Below are positions 48,201-57,577 of a stretch of DNA of 64,000 nucleotides, in pieces. Each line of letters opens with the position of its first letter. Position 1 is the first letter of the stretch. Position numbers and translations under genes: made by a program. Below the pieces are notes generated by a model. The model worked only from the letters and a program-made list of their open reading frames with translations. It searched no databases and was not told where the DNA came from. This stretch comes from Candidatus Woesearchaeota archaeon UBA489 (GTDB lineage: Archaea; Nanobdellota; Nanobdellia; SCGC-AAA011-G17; UBA489): contig DAVM01000021.1 in the NCBI GenBank assembly GCA_002505585.1, positions 11,660-75,659 on the forward strand, written 5' to 3'.

Positions 48201-51200
48201 TATTAGATTTTCACAACCAACTCGAAAACAAATCAACATGGTTCTCAGTTGGACTAAGCACTGATGAAAGTGGAAGTGGAGGAGCAACACCCAGCAAATT
48301 TACAGGAGCAACTAGTGGTAACCCAGATGAAATACCACAATTGACAATAGTATATGATTTACCACCACCAACAATAACACTCAACGCACCAGCAAACAAC
48401 TCCTATTATAGTGCCTTTATCAACGAAACATTAAACGCAACAATCAAAGACAACGAACCAACAATACAAGAAGTAATCTATTACGGAGGAACAACACTAC
48501 CACCAAGAGCAGAAGACATACTATTCATCCAATACAATGTAACCAACGGAACACAATTAGCAGTTAATTGGACAACAGAAGTATATAAAGCAGACGGAGA
48601 CACACAACTCCTACTACACTTCGACAACAGAAGTGAATTTGGAGAAAACGACACAATAGTTTTCGACTTTTCTAACCAAACAAATAATGGAACTATAACA
48701 GATGCAGGAGGACTACTAAATCTTCAGGAAACAGACGGAAAACTAGGAGGAGCAGTCAATTTCCAACCAATCCCAGGAGATGGAGGAAAAAGCAACATAA
48801 CCTTTGGAGATCAAGATGAACTCATAGGAGCAAATCATACTTACATGATGTGGCTTAAAATAAAAAACCAAGCAGAAGCAGCAACAATATTTACTAAATA
48901 CAATGCAGATGAAAACGAAGGAATGAAAGTTAATTATAGCAACGCTGGAGCAACATTAGGCATTACAACAGACACAAAAATGGTAGAAATAAAAAATTTC
49001 TTTGACATAGACCAATATACACATTTAGCAATAACAATAGATACAGTAGGAGAAATGAAAGTATACAAAAATGGCATCTTCAATAGCTCAACAACAGGAC
49101 ATGAAATAACACCAAATACCATACCATTTGATATAGTTTTTACAGACGAAAGCACACCAATACCAATAGATGTAGCAGACTTAGATGAATTTGTCATCCT
49201 TAACAGAACACTCAGTGCATGGGAAATATTAGATGCATACAGATTGAAAGGAGGAGTCTACTATTGGTATGTAAATGCAACAGACGCAAGCGGTAAACCA
49301 ACTGGTATGAATATGTCAGAAATAAGAAAGCTAACAATAAACCATCCACCAGAAATAACCCTAAACTTACCCTTAAACAACACACTCTTTGCAGGAGTAG
49401 GAGCAATCATTCTTAACAGCACAATTATTGAAAGAGAATTGGACACAGTAATAGTAGAAATTTTTGGAGGAAATACAACAACACCTGACATGGAAGACCT
49501 TTTGTATAAAAATATAAGTGTAGCAAATGGTACAACAATACTCTATAATTGGACAGCACCAATACTAAAAGCCTTACCAGAAACAGCACTCCTTTACCAC
49601 TTTGATAACAGGAGTGAATTCGGAGAACACGCAACATCCATCTATGACTTTACAGGACTAGGCCACACAGGAACAATACAAGGAGATGGACTCATAAATT
49701 TATCCAATGAAATCTTTGCAGGACACTTAGAACTAGACGGAACAGGTGACAGAGTATTAGTATCTAATTGCGGTTATGAATGCATACAACTCAGAGATGC
49801 AACATTCATCATGTGGTTAAACCCTAATGATGAATCAACTATAGGAGGGCTTACAGGATCTTTAGCTACAGTTGCATCACTAGGGTTTGGAATATACAAA
49901 AATACTGATGATCTAGCAGTAGTAGGAGATGGGAATGTAGGAGTAGCAGATGTAGACTTCTTTACAGGAGAAACAGGAAATTGGATACACCTAGCAGCAA
50001 CAACCCTAGCCAATGGCACCTCAAAAATCTACAAAAACGGAGTACTACAAGAAACAGGAGTAATAAATGCTATTTTTAACGTATTCATCTTTGGGTGGAG
50101 TTATTGGGTAGGAGAAGTAGACGCAGTACAAGCAAGTTTTCTCTTTGATGGGTCAATAGATGAATTTACTATAATCAACAGAACATTAAGTGACGCAGAG
50201 ATACAAGAACGTTACCAATTAGGTAATGGAACTTATTATTGGTTTGTCAATGCAACAGATAACTTTAGTATTGGTCACAATACACAATCACAAACAAGAC
50301 AATTCGTCATTTCAGACACAGTAAGAATAACAGCAGCAGAAATTAACGAAAGTACACCGGTAGAATCAAATACTTTTGTTAAAGTAAATGCAAGTATAGA
50401 ATCAGAAGTAAACACTCTGAACACAACTTATGTTACAGCAACACCACCACTCTCTAACGAATTTAATATAACACTACACCAAAACGGCAATGAACACTTT
50501 AATGTAACAGTAAAACTCAACGAATCAGGAAACTGGACATTCACCTTCCACGCAAATGATAGCGAAGGAAATGAAGCAACAGCAGTAAAAGCAATAGAAC
50601 AAAGTGCTACTGGATACCCATACATTACAGTAGCATGGAATGGAAGTGATAGCTTTGGCTATAGAGGAAAAGATATACACGCAATAAGCGGACCAAGTTA
50701 CTTTTATACAAACATAAGCAGACCAGAAATAGCACTAGGACTATCAGATGATGGCCTATCAGTAGCCACCCCAATAGGATTTGATTTTAAATTTTATAAT
50801 AACCTCTCAGCAACACATATAAGAATTTGTAATAACGGATTTATTAGTTTTGATGTCTCTATTGACAGCTGTCCTTTTAATAATGTAGCACTAGGTACAG
50901 ATGGAGATCCAGAAGAAATTGCAGCAGTATTCTGGGGTGACCTTGCAGAAGGAGGAGATTTATACAATGAAACAAGAGGAACAGCACCAAACAGAATATT
51001 TATTGTACAATGGGATAGAAACTTCTTCGGAGGAGGATCAACTGACCGTATTGATGCACAAATAGTTCTTTACGAAAACTCAAGTGATATACAATTTAAT
51101 TATTTAGATACAGTCTCAAGCACAGGTGGTTCTTTAGGTGCTGGAGCATCAATAGGAATAGAAAATAGAGGGTCAGACTTCTTCATACAAAGATCCTTAA

Positions 51201-52351
51201 ATCAAGCAATACTTTATAACAGCTATGCATTGAGATTTTATTATCCAAACTTAGCCAACACAACAGCAGTAGTAACAACACCAAACCCAGCAAACACAAC
51301 AGACACACTCAACTGTACTTTTACAGTAACAGACATAGACACAGAAGAAGGACTGTCAGCAAACATAACATTCTACAACAGAAGCACAGACGGCATACAC
51401 TTTACAGTTTATGAAAGCTATAACATCTCAGTAACAAACGGAACAGAATTCACTCAAGATATGACAGCAACATCACAAGTCAAAAATGAAGTGTGGAAAT
51501 GTGGCATAGTACCTTTTGATGGAATTAAAGACGGAACACCAAGAAACTCTTCAACAGTTACTATAGTTAACAGTGTACCAGGAACACCAACACTAGGAGG
51601 ACCAGTAGATAATTATCAAACAACAGAGTTAGCACTAAACTTTAATTGGACTAACATTACAGATGCAGATGGGGATCCAGTAAACTACACTTTTAACTTA
51701 ACTTGTTATTCAACAGCAGGAGGAGGCTGTACAGCACCAGGAGATGATAGAATCTTTAATATAACAACAAATAGCACATCATCAGATGGAGATTTAAACT
51801 TCAGAATTGATGACGGATTTTATTATAACTGGACAGTTCTAGCACATGATGGAACAAACCAAAGCACTTATGCACAAGCAAGAACCTTTAATATAAGTGT
51901 CTTAGTAGCCATATCTTTCATTAGCGGAAGTAATGTAGACTTCCACACTTTAGGATTAGGACTAAGTAATCGAACTATAGAATCAGTAGAAGATTCAGGA
52001 CCAAACGCATTTGAATTACAGAATGATGGAAATAGTTTCATAGAAGTAAACATAACAGCAATAGGCAGTGATCTTTTTTCAGCATCACCAATACCATCAG
52101 ATGCATTCCTTTTCAAAGGAACTGTACCAATAGCAGCACCAATACCAACCCCAATTAACCAAACAAGATCAATTTCAAGTTATACTAATGTAACTAGAAC
52201 AAACCAAACAGTACTAGCAGGATTCAATTACTCTGATGCAACAGACGAAGCACTCGTTCACGTTAAAATCACAGTACCATTAGATGAACCAAGTGGCACT
52301 AAAGGAGCAACATTAGTACTAACAGGATATTACTTTGGAGGAAGAACTTAA
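45284..52351 (+). CDS. Giant (2355 aa) N-terminally anchored surface protein with two LamG-like (concanavalin-type) domains, internal repeats and very many N-glycosylation sequons.
   Basis: Cytoplasmic N-terminal ~95 aa then TM PLYLIAFLLLIGGIVF. Two LamG_3-like segments (LLLHFDNRSEFGEN... and ALLYHFDNRSEFGEH...IMWLNPND). Repeated YYW[YF]VNATD. Dozens of N-x-S/T sites. Confidence 0.8.
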   Translation: MKHQLTLIDKERELRSLILQAETHKKQIRRVIRQITEHYKHGKITHEEYKTRIQEAFGQQTPTALIKHYDTCIKQYQQELKQNKQLTTQQKTNTPLYLIAFLLLIGGIVFSNTDFTGFFIAEGTPHKTTVNLITNEDITYTLPQPIEGKITALAISGTIEGDGEVQIYLENIDNLLYDSTKKEAKKGLFGKLTGLVTAPTNQTPQNKLQLYDEDRNILEAEETTTKTSLVTKPTTILQIQKITFQNLKGKKLGISTKARGIVAPQGKKFNTIYSFDTTELTFDEATAQITATGNELYKCNIWDFSLSICLSTWEQFTTIEQTKAYKITLPKGTIAFAEANTINTTTSKKPQTFPLQPLTVAVKQFNLGEIAKFDILVKNTQKTTTPAQAQIQLTNNKTTIANFNSTKENITQNQPKALLAYWDTTNTESGTYEGTLKLIANKETKEYPIKVIVTEKTIHTEIIGITGKVVTKTQEQPKKNQKKKTFIAECKDACTLEGLNKTPHKLIIIIKDALLNLTNIDYTIKTNGTNITINKTKIKFQLDQKQHKKKIKKLKIDKTKITHRDEKKKIHKIQRHASKNITDGGLGWERECIDSICKHTIYQNVEHYHKEDSNFGAIKNALTDQNCAIDEELCIKSKKHKISFKEKATQEATINLTINNATISFTPLQLRHSMGEEQTILSSANPVTGEGTDNIFTYNNIFGQGINMKLTYLADQIKEEIILTDNSFLGNIPLTNTTNTTITIDYIVTKSPELQWKIGNVIQTPLAIDEQIQTPQALQLQDTKGTKFILPKPIAYSGKETQPLSYSLTQTDKQEILSIEIPLTYLQTTPYPIIIDPTIVLDYASVLFDGYVTSGISGGSYTRASSPDPVFVGQTDQGGPFDTYRADIDWDISSVPTNAFVTQLTLDLYVKQIGNPDTTIYVNQMSGNSTTYPDDDSGNTDFYTDMQDTNYASIMLGGAQAYEAIDFTADQSLLDFHNQLENKSTWFSVGLSTDESGSGGATPSKFTGATSGNPDEIPQLTIVYDLPPPTITLNAPANNSYYSAFINETLNATIKDNEPTIQEVIYYGGTTLPPRAEDILFIQYNVTNGTQLAVNWTTEVYKADGDTQLLLHFDNRSEFGENDTIVFDFSNQTNNGTITDAGGLLNLQETDGKLGGAVNFQPIPGDGGKSNITFGDQDELIGANHTYMMWLKIKNQAEAATIFTKYNADENEGMKVNYSNAGATLGITTDTKMVEIKNFFDIDQYTHLAITIDTVGEMKVYKNGIFNSSTTGHEITPNTIPFDIVFTDESTPIPIDVADLDEFVILNRTLSAWEILDAYRLKGGVYYWYVNATDASGKPTGMNMSEIRKLTINHPPEITLNLPLNNTLFAGVGAIILNSTIIERELDTVIVEIFGGNTTTPDMEDLLYKNISVANGTTILYNWTAPILKALPETALLYHFDNRSEFGEHATSIYDFTGLGHTGTIQGDGLINLSNEIFAGHLELDGTGDRVLVSNCGYECIQLRDATFIMWLNPNDESTIGGLTGSLATVASLGFGIYKNTDDLAVVGDGNVGVADVDFFTGETGNWIHLAATTLANGTSKIYKNGVLQETGVINAIFNVFIFGWSYWVGEVDAVQASFLFDGSIDEFTIINRTLSDAEIQERYQLGNGTYYWFVNATDNFSIGHNTQSQTRQFVISDTVRITAAEINESTPVESNTFVKVNASIESEVNTLNTTYVTATPPLSNEFNITLHQNGNEHFNVTVKLNESGNWTFTFHANDSEGNEATAVKAIEQSATGYPYITVAWNGSDSFGYRGKDIHAISGPSYFYTNISRPEIALGLSDDGLSVATPIGFDFKFYNNLSATHIRICNNGFISFDVSIDSCPFNNVALGTDGDPEEIAAVFWGDLAEGGDLYNETRGTAPNRIFIVQWDRNFFGGGSTDRIDAQIVLYENSSDIQFNYLDTVSSTGGSLGAGASIGIENRGSDFFIQRSLNQAILYNSYALRFYYPNLANTTAVVTTPNPANTTDTLNCTFTVTDIDTEEGLSANITFYNRSTDGIHFTVYESYNISVTNGTEFTQDMTATSQVKNEVWKCGIVPFDGIKDGTPRNSSTVTIVNSVPGTPTLGGPVDNYQTTELALNFNWTNITDADGDPVNYTFNLTCYSTAGGGCTAPGDDRIFNITTNSTSSDGDLNFRIDDGFYYNWTVLAHDGTNQSTYAQARTFNISVLVAISFISGSNVDFHTLGLGLSNRTIESVEDSGPNAFELQNDGNSFIEVNITAIGSDLFSASPIPSDAFLFKGTVPIAAPIPTPINQTRSISSYTNVTRTNQTVLAGFNYSDATDEALVHVKITVPLDEPSGTKGATLVLTGYYFGGRT

Positions 52352-52831
52352 ATGAAAGATCATCACAAAATAAAAGGATTCTGGATATTAGTAGCACTAA
52401 CTTTAGTAAGCCTCCTCTTCACCAATGTACCACTAACGCCAAAATATGGAATGGAAACAACAAACACAAAAATAACTTTTAGAAGTATAGGAACAGCACA
52501 AAACATACTTTTAGATGACAACCCAAGCTTCACAACACCAACATTACTTCCACTAAGAGAACCAATACCATTAGAACCAGGAACTTATTATTGGAAAACA
52601 ACAGGTATGAGTTTAGTTACAACATTCACCATACTTTCACACACAGCACTAACAATAGAACAAAAAGAAGACAACTATGAAGTTAGCAACAAAGGAAATG
52701 TTCCTCTAGATATAGAAACAAAACAAGAAGGATTACTTACAGGATCATTTGTAATAAACACAAAAGGAAAACTACAACTACAACTAGACAAAGAAACAGA
52801 AATAAAAGGAGTGCAAAGAAATGAAAAATAA
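52352..52831 (+). CDS. Membrane-anchored small protein.
   Basis: N-terminal TM GFWILVALTLVSLLF. Beta-rich. Confidence 0.45.
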   Translation: MKDHHKIKGFWILVALTLVSLLFTNVPLTPKYGMETTNTKITFRSIGTAQNILLDDNPSFTTPTLLPLREPIPLEPGTYYWKTTGMSLVTTFTILSHTALTIEQKEDNYEVSNKGNVPLDIETKQEGLLTGSFVINTKGKLQLQLDKETEIKGVQRNEK

Positions 52832-54062
52832 ACAATTCTTACAACTCCTAACACTCTTCTTAACACTACTTTTAGTGACAACAACAGTAACAGCACTAGG
52901 AATTAGTCCAGGAAGAATACAAGCAGACTTTACACCAGGATTAGAAGTAACCAAGAAACTAACAATTTATAATACAGAACACAAAGATAAAGACATTATT
53001 CTTTATGCAGAAGGAGACTTAGGAGAATACATCAAACTCTCAGAAACACAATTCCACTTCACAGCAGAAGAAAGTGAAAAAGAAATAACTTATACAGTAA
53101 GACTACCAAACCACTTAGGAGCACCAGGAACACATAGAGGAAGAATAGTAGCAAGAGAATTAGGAACCAAACAAGAAGGAGAAATAGTAGTCCAAGCACT
53201 AGTCGCTGTAGCATCAGCATTTGACGTGCAAGTACCTTACCCAGGAAAATATTTAACAACACAATTCTATGTAGCAACAACAAAAGCACAAGAACCAATA
53301 CCACTCTTAGTGCAAGCACATAACTTAGGAACACAAGACATCATACATGCAAAAACAATCATAACAATCACAGATAATAAAGAAAAAATTGTAACAACAA
53401 TAGAAAGCGATGAAACACTAATCAAAGCACGAAAAAGAGTAGAACTACTAAGTTATTGGGAAACAAATTTGAGTTATGGACAATACACAGCACACGCAAC
53501 AACACACTATGACGGAGCAAAAACAGAAACAACAAAACAAAGATTCCAAATAGGAGAATTTATACTAGAACCAATAGACATCTCAGTAAAAAACTTCAAA
53601 CTAGGAGAAGTAGCAAAATTCAACATCTTAGTAAAAAATAAAGCAGAACAAAAAATTGAAAAAGCACTAGCACAAATACTTTTCCATGACAAAGAAGAGA
53701 AAAATATAGCAGACTTTACAAGTGCAGACACAACAATCAACACACTAGCAACAAAAGCACTCTTAGCTTACTGGGATACAGAAAACATAGAACAAGGAAC
53801 TTACGAAGGAAAACTCATCTTAAGAGCAGATGAAGCAACATCAGAAAATAGGTTAAGAACGACAATAACAGAAGAAGAGATAATAACAGAACTCTTAGAC
53901 ATCACAGGGAAGAGCATATCCACACAAATAACAAGCGCAAAAGTCCTTAGTAAACAAGCCTCAATAGCTTTATTAACTATAGTTATTATTTTAGGAAATG
54001 TCATAGGATGGTTTGTGTACTTTAAACGAAAAGACAAGGGAAAAATCATGGATAATTTTTAA
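52821..54062 (+). CDS. Surface protein paralog with a signal peptide and a C-terminal anchor; it shares a ~110-aa module with the giant protein.
   Basis: Signal peptide LLTLFLTLLLVTTTVTA. C-terminal ALLTIVIILGNVIGWFVYF. Shared module VKNFKLGEVAKFNILVKN...KALLAYWDTENIEQGTYEGKL. Confidence 0.6.
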   Translation: MKNKQFLQLLTLFLTLLLVTTTVTALGISPGRIQADFTPGLEVTKKLTIYNTEHKDKDIILYAEGDLGEYIKLSETQFHFTAEESEKEITYTVRLPNHLGAPGTHRGRIVARELGTKQEGEIVVQALVAVASAFDVQVPYPGKYLTTQFYVATTKAQEPIPLLVQAHNLGTQDIIHAKTIITITDNKEKIVTTIESDETLIKARKRVELLSYWETNLSYGQYTAHATTHYDGAKTETTKQRFQIGEFILEPIDISVKNFKLGEVAKFNILVKNKAEQKIEKALAQILFHDKEEKNIADFTSADTTINTLATKALLAYWDTENIEQGTYEGKLILRADEATSENRLRTTITEEEIITELLDITGKSISTQITSAKVLSKQASIALLTIVIILGNVIGWFVYFKRKDKGKIMDNF

Positions 54063-54148
54063 ACAAAAGCATAATCTGAAAAAGCAAAAAGCTTAAAAAA
54101 GAATAAAATGATACATATACACAAATTAAAAGGTATTAAGGGATCTTT

Positions 54149-54382
54149 GTGAAAAAACTTATGAGCACAGAAAAAGAAATAAAAAAAGAAGTGTTTGCCA
54201 TTACCCTTATTGTAATTATATTTATCTCCCTCATAGGGACTTTCACTATCTTAAGCGTTACAGAAAAATTCAAACCAAAAACTACAGAAAAAGTAACTAG
54301 TTCTCCAGGAGTATCACTGACAATCTTAGAAGAACCAAAAACTGAACAAAAAGAAGGTGAGACAACAAGTGGAGATAAGTGA
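54149..54382 (+). CDS. Small N-anchored protein.
   Basis: 77-aa ORF with TM VFAITLIVIIFISLIGTFTIL. Confidence 0.3.
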   Translation: MKKLMSTEKEIKKEVFAITLIVIIFISLIGTFTILSVTEKFKPKTTEKVTSSPGVSLTILEEPKTEQKEGETTSGDK

Positions 54383-55004
54383 CCAAACACTAGTAATACT
54401 TACAGTCATAGCACTCATAACAACAATAGGAGGAACAGTTTTAATTCTCCAAAAATTAGGACCTGATATACCAGCACTCACAGGATTAGCATCCGCAGTA
54501 ACAGGAACAGTAAATGTAAGCATAGATTCAACAGTGAGCATAATTTTAAACGTAGACCACATAAACTTTAGTGGAGGATCAGTAGTATCAGGATTATCAA
54601 TCACAGAATTAAACACAACAGGAGCAGATGGAGGAGGATCAAATCCCTCAACATTTGCAGATCCAGGAGACTTCTTAATAGAGAATAATGGAAATGTAGA
54701 TGTTAATTTAACTATCAATGGTACACCAGCAGCAAACTGGATAGGAGGAACAAGTCCAACTTATAGATTTTCCCATAATGCACCAGGCACAGATGATGGA
54801 TGTGCCAACAACAGAACAAATACAGCACCAACAACTTTAAATGCAGATCTGCTAGAATTTTGTATAAATTTAACATTCACAGATGCAGCAGACACAACAA
54901 ATATTAGTATCTACTTAGGAATCCCATCAGATATACCAGCAGGATCCATAACAGATCCAGCAGTACTGATTACAGCAGCACAAGCCACAAATTTTGTAGG
55001 CTAG
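54357..55004 (+). CDS. N-anchored Gly/Thr/Asn-rich extracellular protein; candidate pilin-like or adhesin subunit.
   Basis: GTG start. TM TLVILTVIALITTIGGTVLIL. G/T/N/S/D-rich ectodomain with NxS/T sequons. Confidence 0.4.
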   Translation: MRQQVEISDQTLVILTVIALITTIGGTVLILQKLGPDIPALTGLASAVTGTVNVSIDSTVSIILNVDHINFSGGSVVSGLSITELNTTGADGGGSNPSTFADPGDFLIENNGNVDVNLTINGTPAANWIGGTSPTYRFSHNAPGTDDGCANNRTNTAPTTLNADLLEFCINLTFTDAADTTNISIYLGIPSDIPAGSITDPAVLITAAQATNFVG

Positions 55005-55066
55005 TCTTTTAAACTCTCTATTTTTTAAAGAAATTAGTAAAAAAGCTTAAATACCTAAAAAGAGTT

Positions 55067-56215
55067 ATGAATTCCATGGGAAAAAGGTGGTTATGGTTAG
55101 TATTTCTTCTACTTCTACCACTTAGTGTGCAAGCAATAAGCTTATCACCAGCACAACAAGAAATTAATTTTCAACCAAACCTAGAAGAAAATCATATAAT
55201 AAAAGTAGGTAATCCTGGAAAAAGAGAAAGCAAAATTATTTTAGGATTTGAAGGAGAATTAGCACAATATATAGAATTTAAAGAATCAGCAGTAATCCTT
55301 CCTCCAAATGGAGCACACCAATTCACTTTTACTCTTAAATTTCCAGAGAACATAGCAAAACCAGGAAGACAATTAGTTAAGATTCATGCGACAGAAGAAC
55401 CATTCGGCATTAGCGAAGGCATACTTCCAAGAACAAGTGTTACAGCACTTTTATGGATTAATGTACCTTATACTGGAAAGTATGCAGAACTAACTGTAAC
55501 TACAAAAAATGTTAATACAGGAGAACCAGTACCCTTTACTATATTAATGGAAAACTTAGGAATAGAAGCCATAACAAATGCAATTACAACACTTAACATC
55601 TATAATATTCATGAAATACTTGTTGAAACACTTACAACTACACCAAGTGCTATAAAAGGATTATCATCACAAGAAAAACTATTACACTTTCCAACAGAAG
55701 ACCAAGAACCAGGAGATTACAAAGTTATAGCAGTACTAGATTATGACGGAAAATTAAGCAAAGCACAAGAGTTAGAGTTTCTCATTGGCACACTCTATGT
55801 GGATATAAGAAATTATACAAAATATTTTAAAACAGATACAGTAAATCAATTTGATATAGAAGTAACAAGCAGATGGAATTCACCAGTGCAACACCTACAT
55901 GGAGAAATACAGATTCATCAAAAGGGGAAACCAATAAGTGGTTTATTAAAAACACCCTCAGTAGCTTTACAACCATGGGAAACAAAAACTTTAACCACCT
56001 TTTGGGACACACAAGGACTAGAACCAGGAGACTACACAGCAACCATCACACTTCATTACCAAGACAAAACAACCACAAAAACAGTAGAAGTAACAATTGC
56101 TAAAACATTCGAATTGAACACAACAATTATTTTAACAACAATCATTATCCTCATACTCCTCATAGACTTCACCATATGGCTAGTACACAAAAGGAGAACA
56201 GATGAAGAAGACTAA
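55067..56215 (+). CDS. Surface protein paralog with a signal peptide and a C-terminal anchor.
   Basis: Signal peptide WLWLVFLLLLPLSVQA. N-terminal half is homologous to the 413-aa protein. C-terminal TM IILTTIIILILLIDFTIWL. Confidence 0.6.
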   Translation: MNSMGKRWLWLVFLLLLPLSVQAISLSPAQQEINFQPNLEENHIIKVGNPGKRESKIILGFEGELAQYIEFKESAVILPPNGAHQFTFTLKFPENIAKPGRQLVKIHATEEPFGISEGILPRTSVTALLWINVPYTGKYAELTVTTKNVNTGEPVPFTILMENLGIEAITNAITTLNIYNIHEILVETLTTTPSAIKGLSSQEKLLHFPTEDQEPGDYKVIAVLDYDGKLSKAQELEFLIGTLYVDIRNYTKYFKTDTVNQFDIEVTSRWNSPVQHLHGEIQIHQKGKPISGLLKTPSVALQPWETKTLTTFWDTQGLEPGDYTATITLHYQDKTTTKTVEVTIAKTFELNTTIILTTIIILILLIDFTIWLVHKRRTDEED

Positions 56216-56603
56216 TATTATTTTATTAAACATAGTTATTTTTCTCTTTATTATTTTAGTTATTAGCCTCCTCTTTCAAATCATCAACCCCTACACTATA
56301 AAAAAAGTCCCTATATTTCTAGAAGTAGGAAGTACTGTAGGCATAGATGTTAATACAACTGCAATCACTTTTAGTGTAGTAAGACCAGGAGCAAGAGCAG
56401 AAAGAACTTTAGTTTTCAGATCAAATGTTACAGAAACCATCACGCTTTATGTAAAAGACATACCTTTTGTTTCTGTAGCAAATGAAGAATTTATTGTCAG
56501 ACCTAATGAAACTGTAATAAATGTGATTATAGCAGCACCACCAAAAAATACTCCAAGCGGAAACTATACAGGAACACTTCTCATAGTAAGCAAAGAACAA
56601 TGA
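56202..56603 (+). CDS. Small N-anchored beta-rich protein.
   Basis: TM IILLNIVIFLFIILVISLLF followed by a beta-rich domain. Confidence 0.4.
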   Translation: MKKTNIILLNIVIFLFIILVISLLFQIINPYTIKKVPIFLEVGSTVGIDVNTTAITFSVVRPGARAERTLVFRSNVTETITLYVKDIPFVSVANEEFIVRPNETVINVIIAAPPKNTPSGNYTGTLLIVSKEQ

Positions 56604-57577
56604 ACAAAAGAAAAAACTACGCATTAGCTGTACTTCTCTTAACCTTTATCTTAGTAGGATTGTTTGGTTTTGATTATGTAATTACACAAATAATCATGAC
56701 AACAGGACAAGCATCAAATGATCCAGGAACAGTAAGCTTAACAATTCTAGGAGCAAACGAAACAACAAATGACACACCAACACCAACTCCAGGACCACAA
56801 AAGAGTGGCAGAGGAATAAGAAAAGAAGTATCAGTAAGCATAAGCACGATTGACAAAATAAATATTCAATCATTACACATCAAAGCAAATGCCAAAGAAG
56901 AAAAACAAGTAACACTAAAACTCAAAAATACTGGAAGCATAACATTAAACCTAAAATTAAAAAATACCATCCCCATACTTTCCTTGAATAAAAAAACCAT
57001 AACACTTCGTCCAGAAGAAGAAACAATACTTATTTTAACCATCTACACAGAAAACATAGACACTTATACAGGACTCCTCACCTTTGAAGATGACTATTTA
57101 CAAACCCAACTACCCACAATCATAATAGTAAATCCAAAAGAAATAAACTACTTAGTTGCTGTTACCATCCCACCACCATTTAAGACAGTACAACCAGGAA
57201 AAGAAGTATTTGCAAAAATCAGAGTAACCAAACTCACAAGAGGATCACTAGTCCTTCATTACTTATTAAAAGACATGCGAGATAGAATCATACACGAAGA
57301 ATATGAAAGAATAGGAGTTAAAAACGAACTAGCAATAGATAAAACCATTAAACTACCAGACAACACAGAACTAGGAGAACATGCATTTATAGCAACAGTA
57401 GACTACCAAGGAACAAGTCTCTCAGACGCAGACACTTTTGTTGTAGCACAAGAAACACCATTACAAAAAGAACAACCACAACAAACAAAAAAAGACAACA
57501 AAATCATACTCTTACTCTTATTAATATTCCTTATTTTAATAGCACAATTATTATTACACAAAATAAGAAAAAACTAA
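56600..57577 (+). CDS. Secreted protein with an N-terminal TM/signal and a C-terminal anchor.
   Basis: N-terminal LAVLLLTFILVGLFGF. C-terminal IILLLLLIFLILIAQLLL followed by KIRKN. Confidence 0.5.
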   Translation: MNKRKNYALAVLLLTFILVGLFGFDYVITQIIMTTGQASNDPGTVSLTILGANETTNDTPTPTPGPQKSGRGIRKEVSVSISTIDKINIQSLHIKANAKEEKQVTLKLKNTGSITLNLKLKNTIPILSLNKKTITLRPEEETILILTIYTENIDTYTGLLTFEDDYLQTQLPTIIIVNPKEINYLVAVTIPPPFKTVQPGKEVFAKIRVTKLTRGSLVLHYLLKDMRDRIIHEEYERIGVKNELAIDKTIKLPDNTELGEHAFIATVDYQGTSLSDADTFVVAQETPLQKEQPQQTKKDNKIILLLLLIFLILIAQLLLHKIRKN

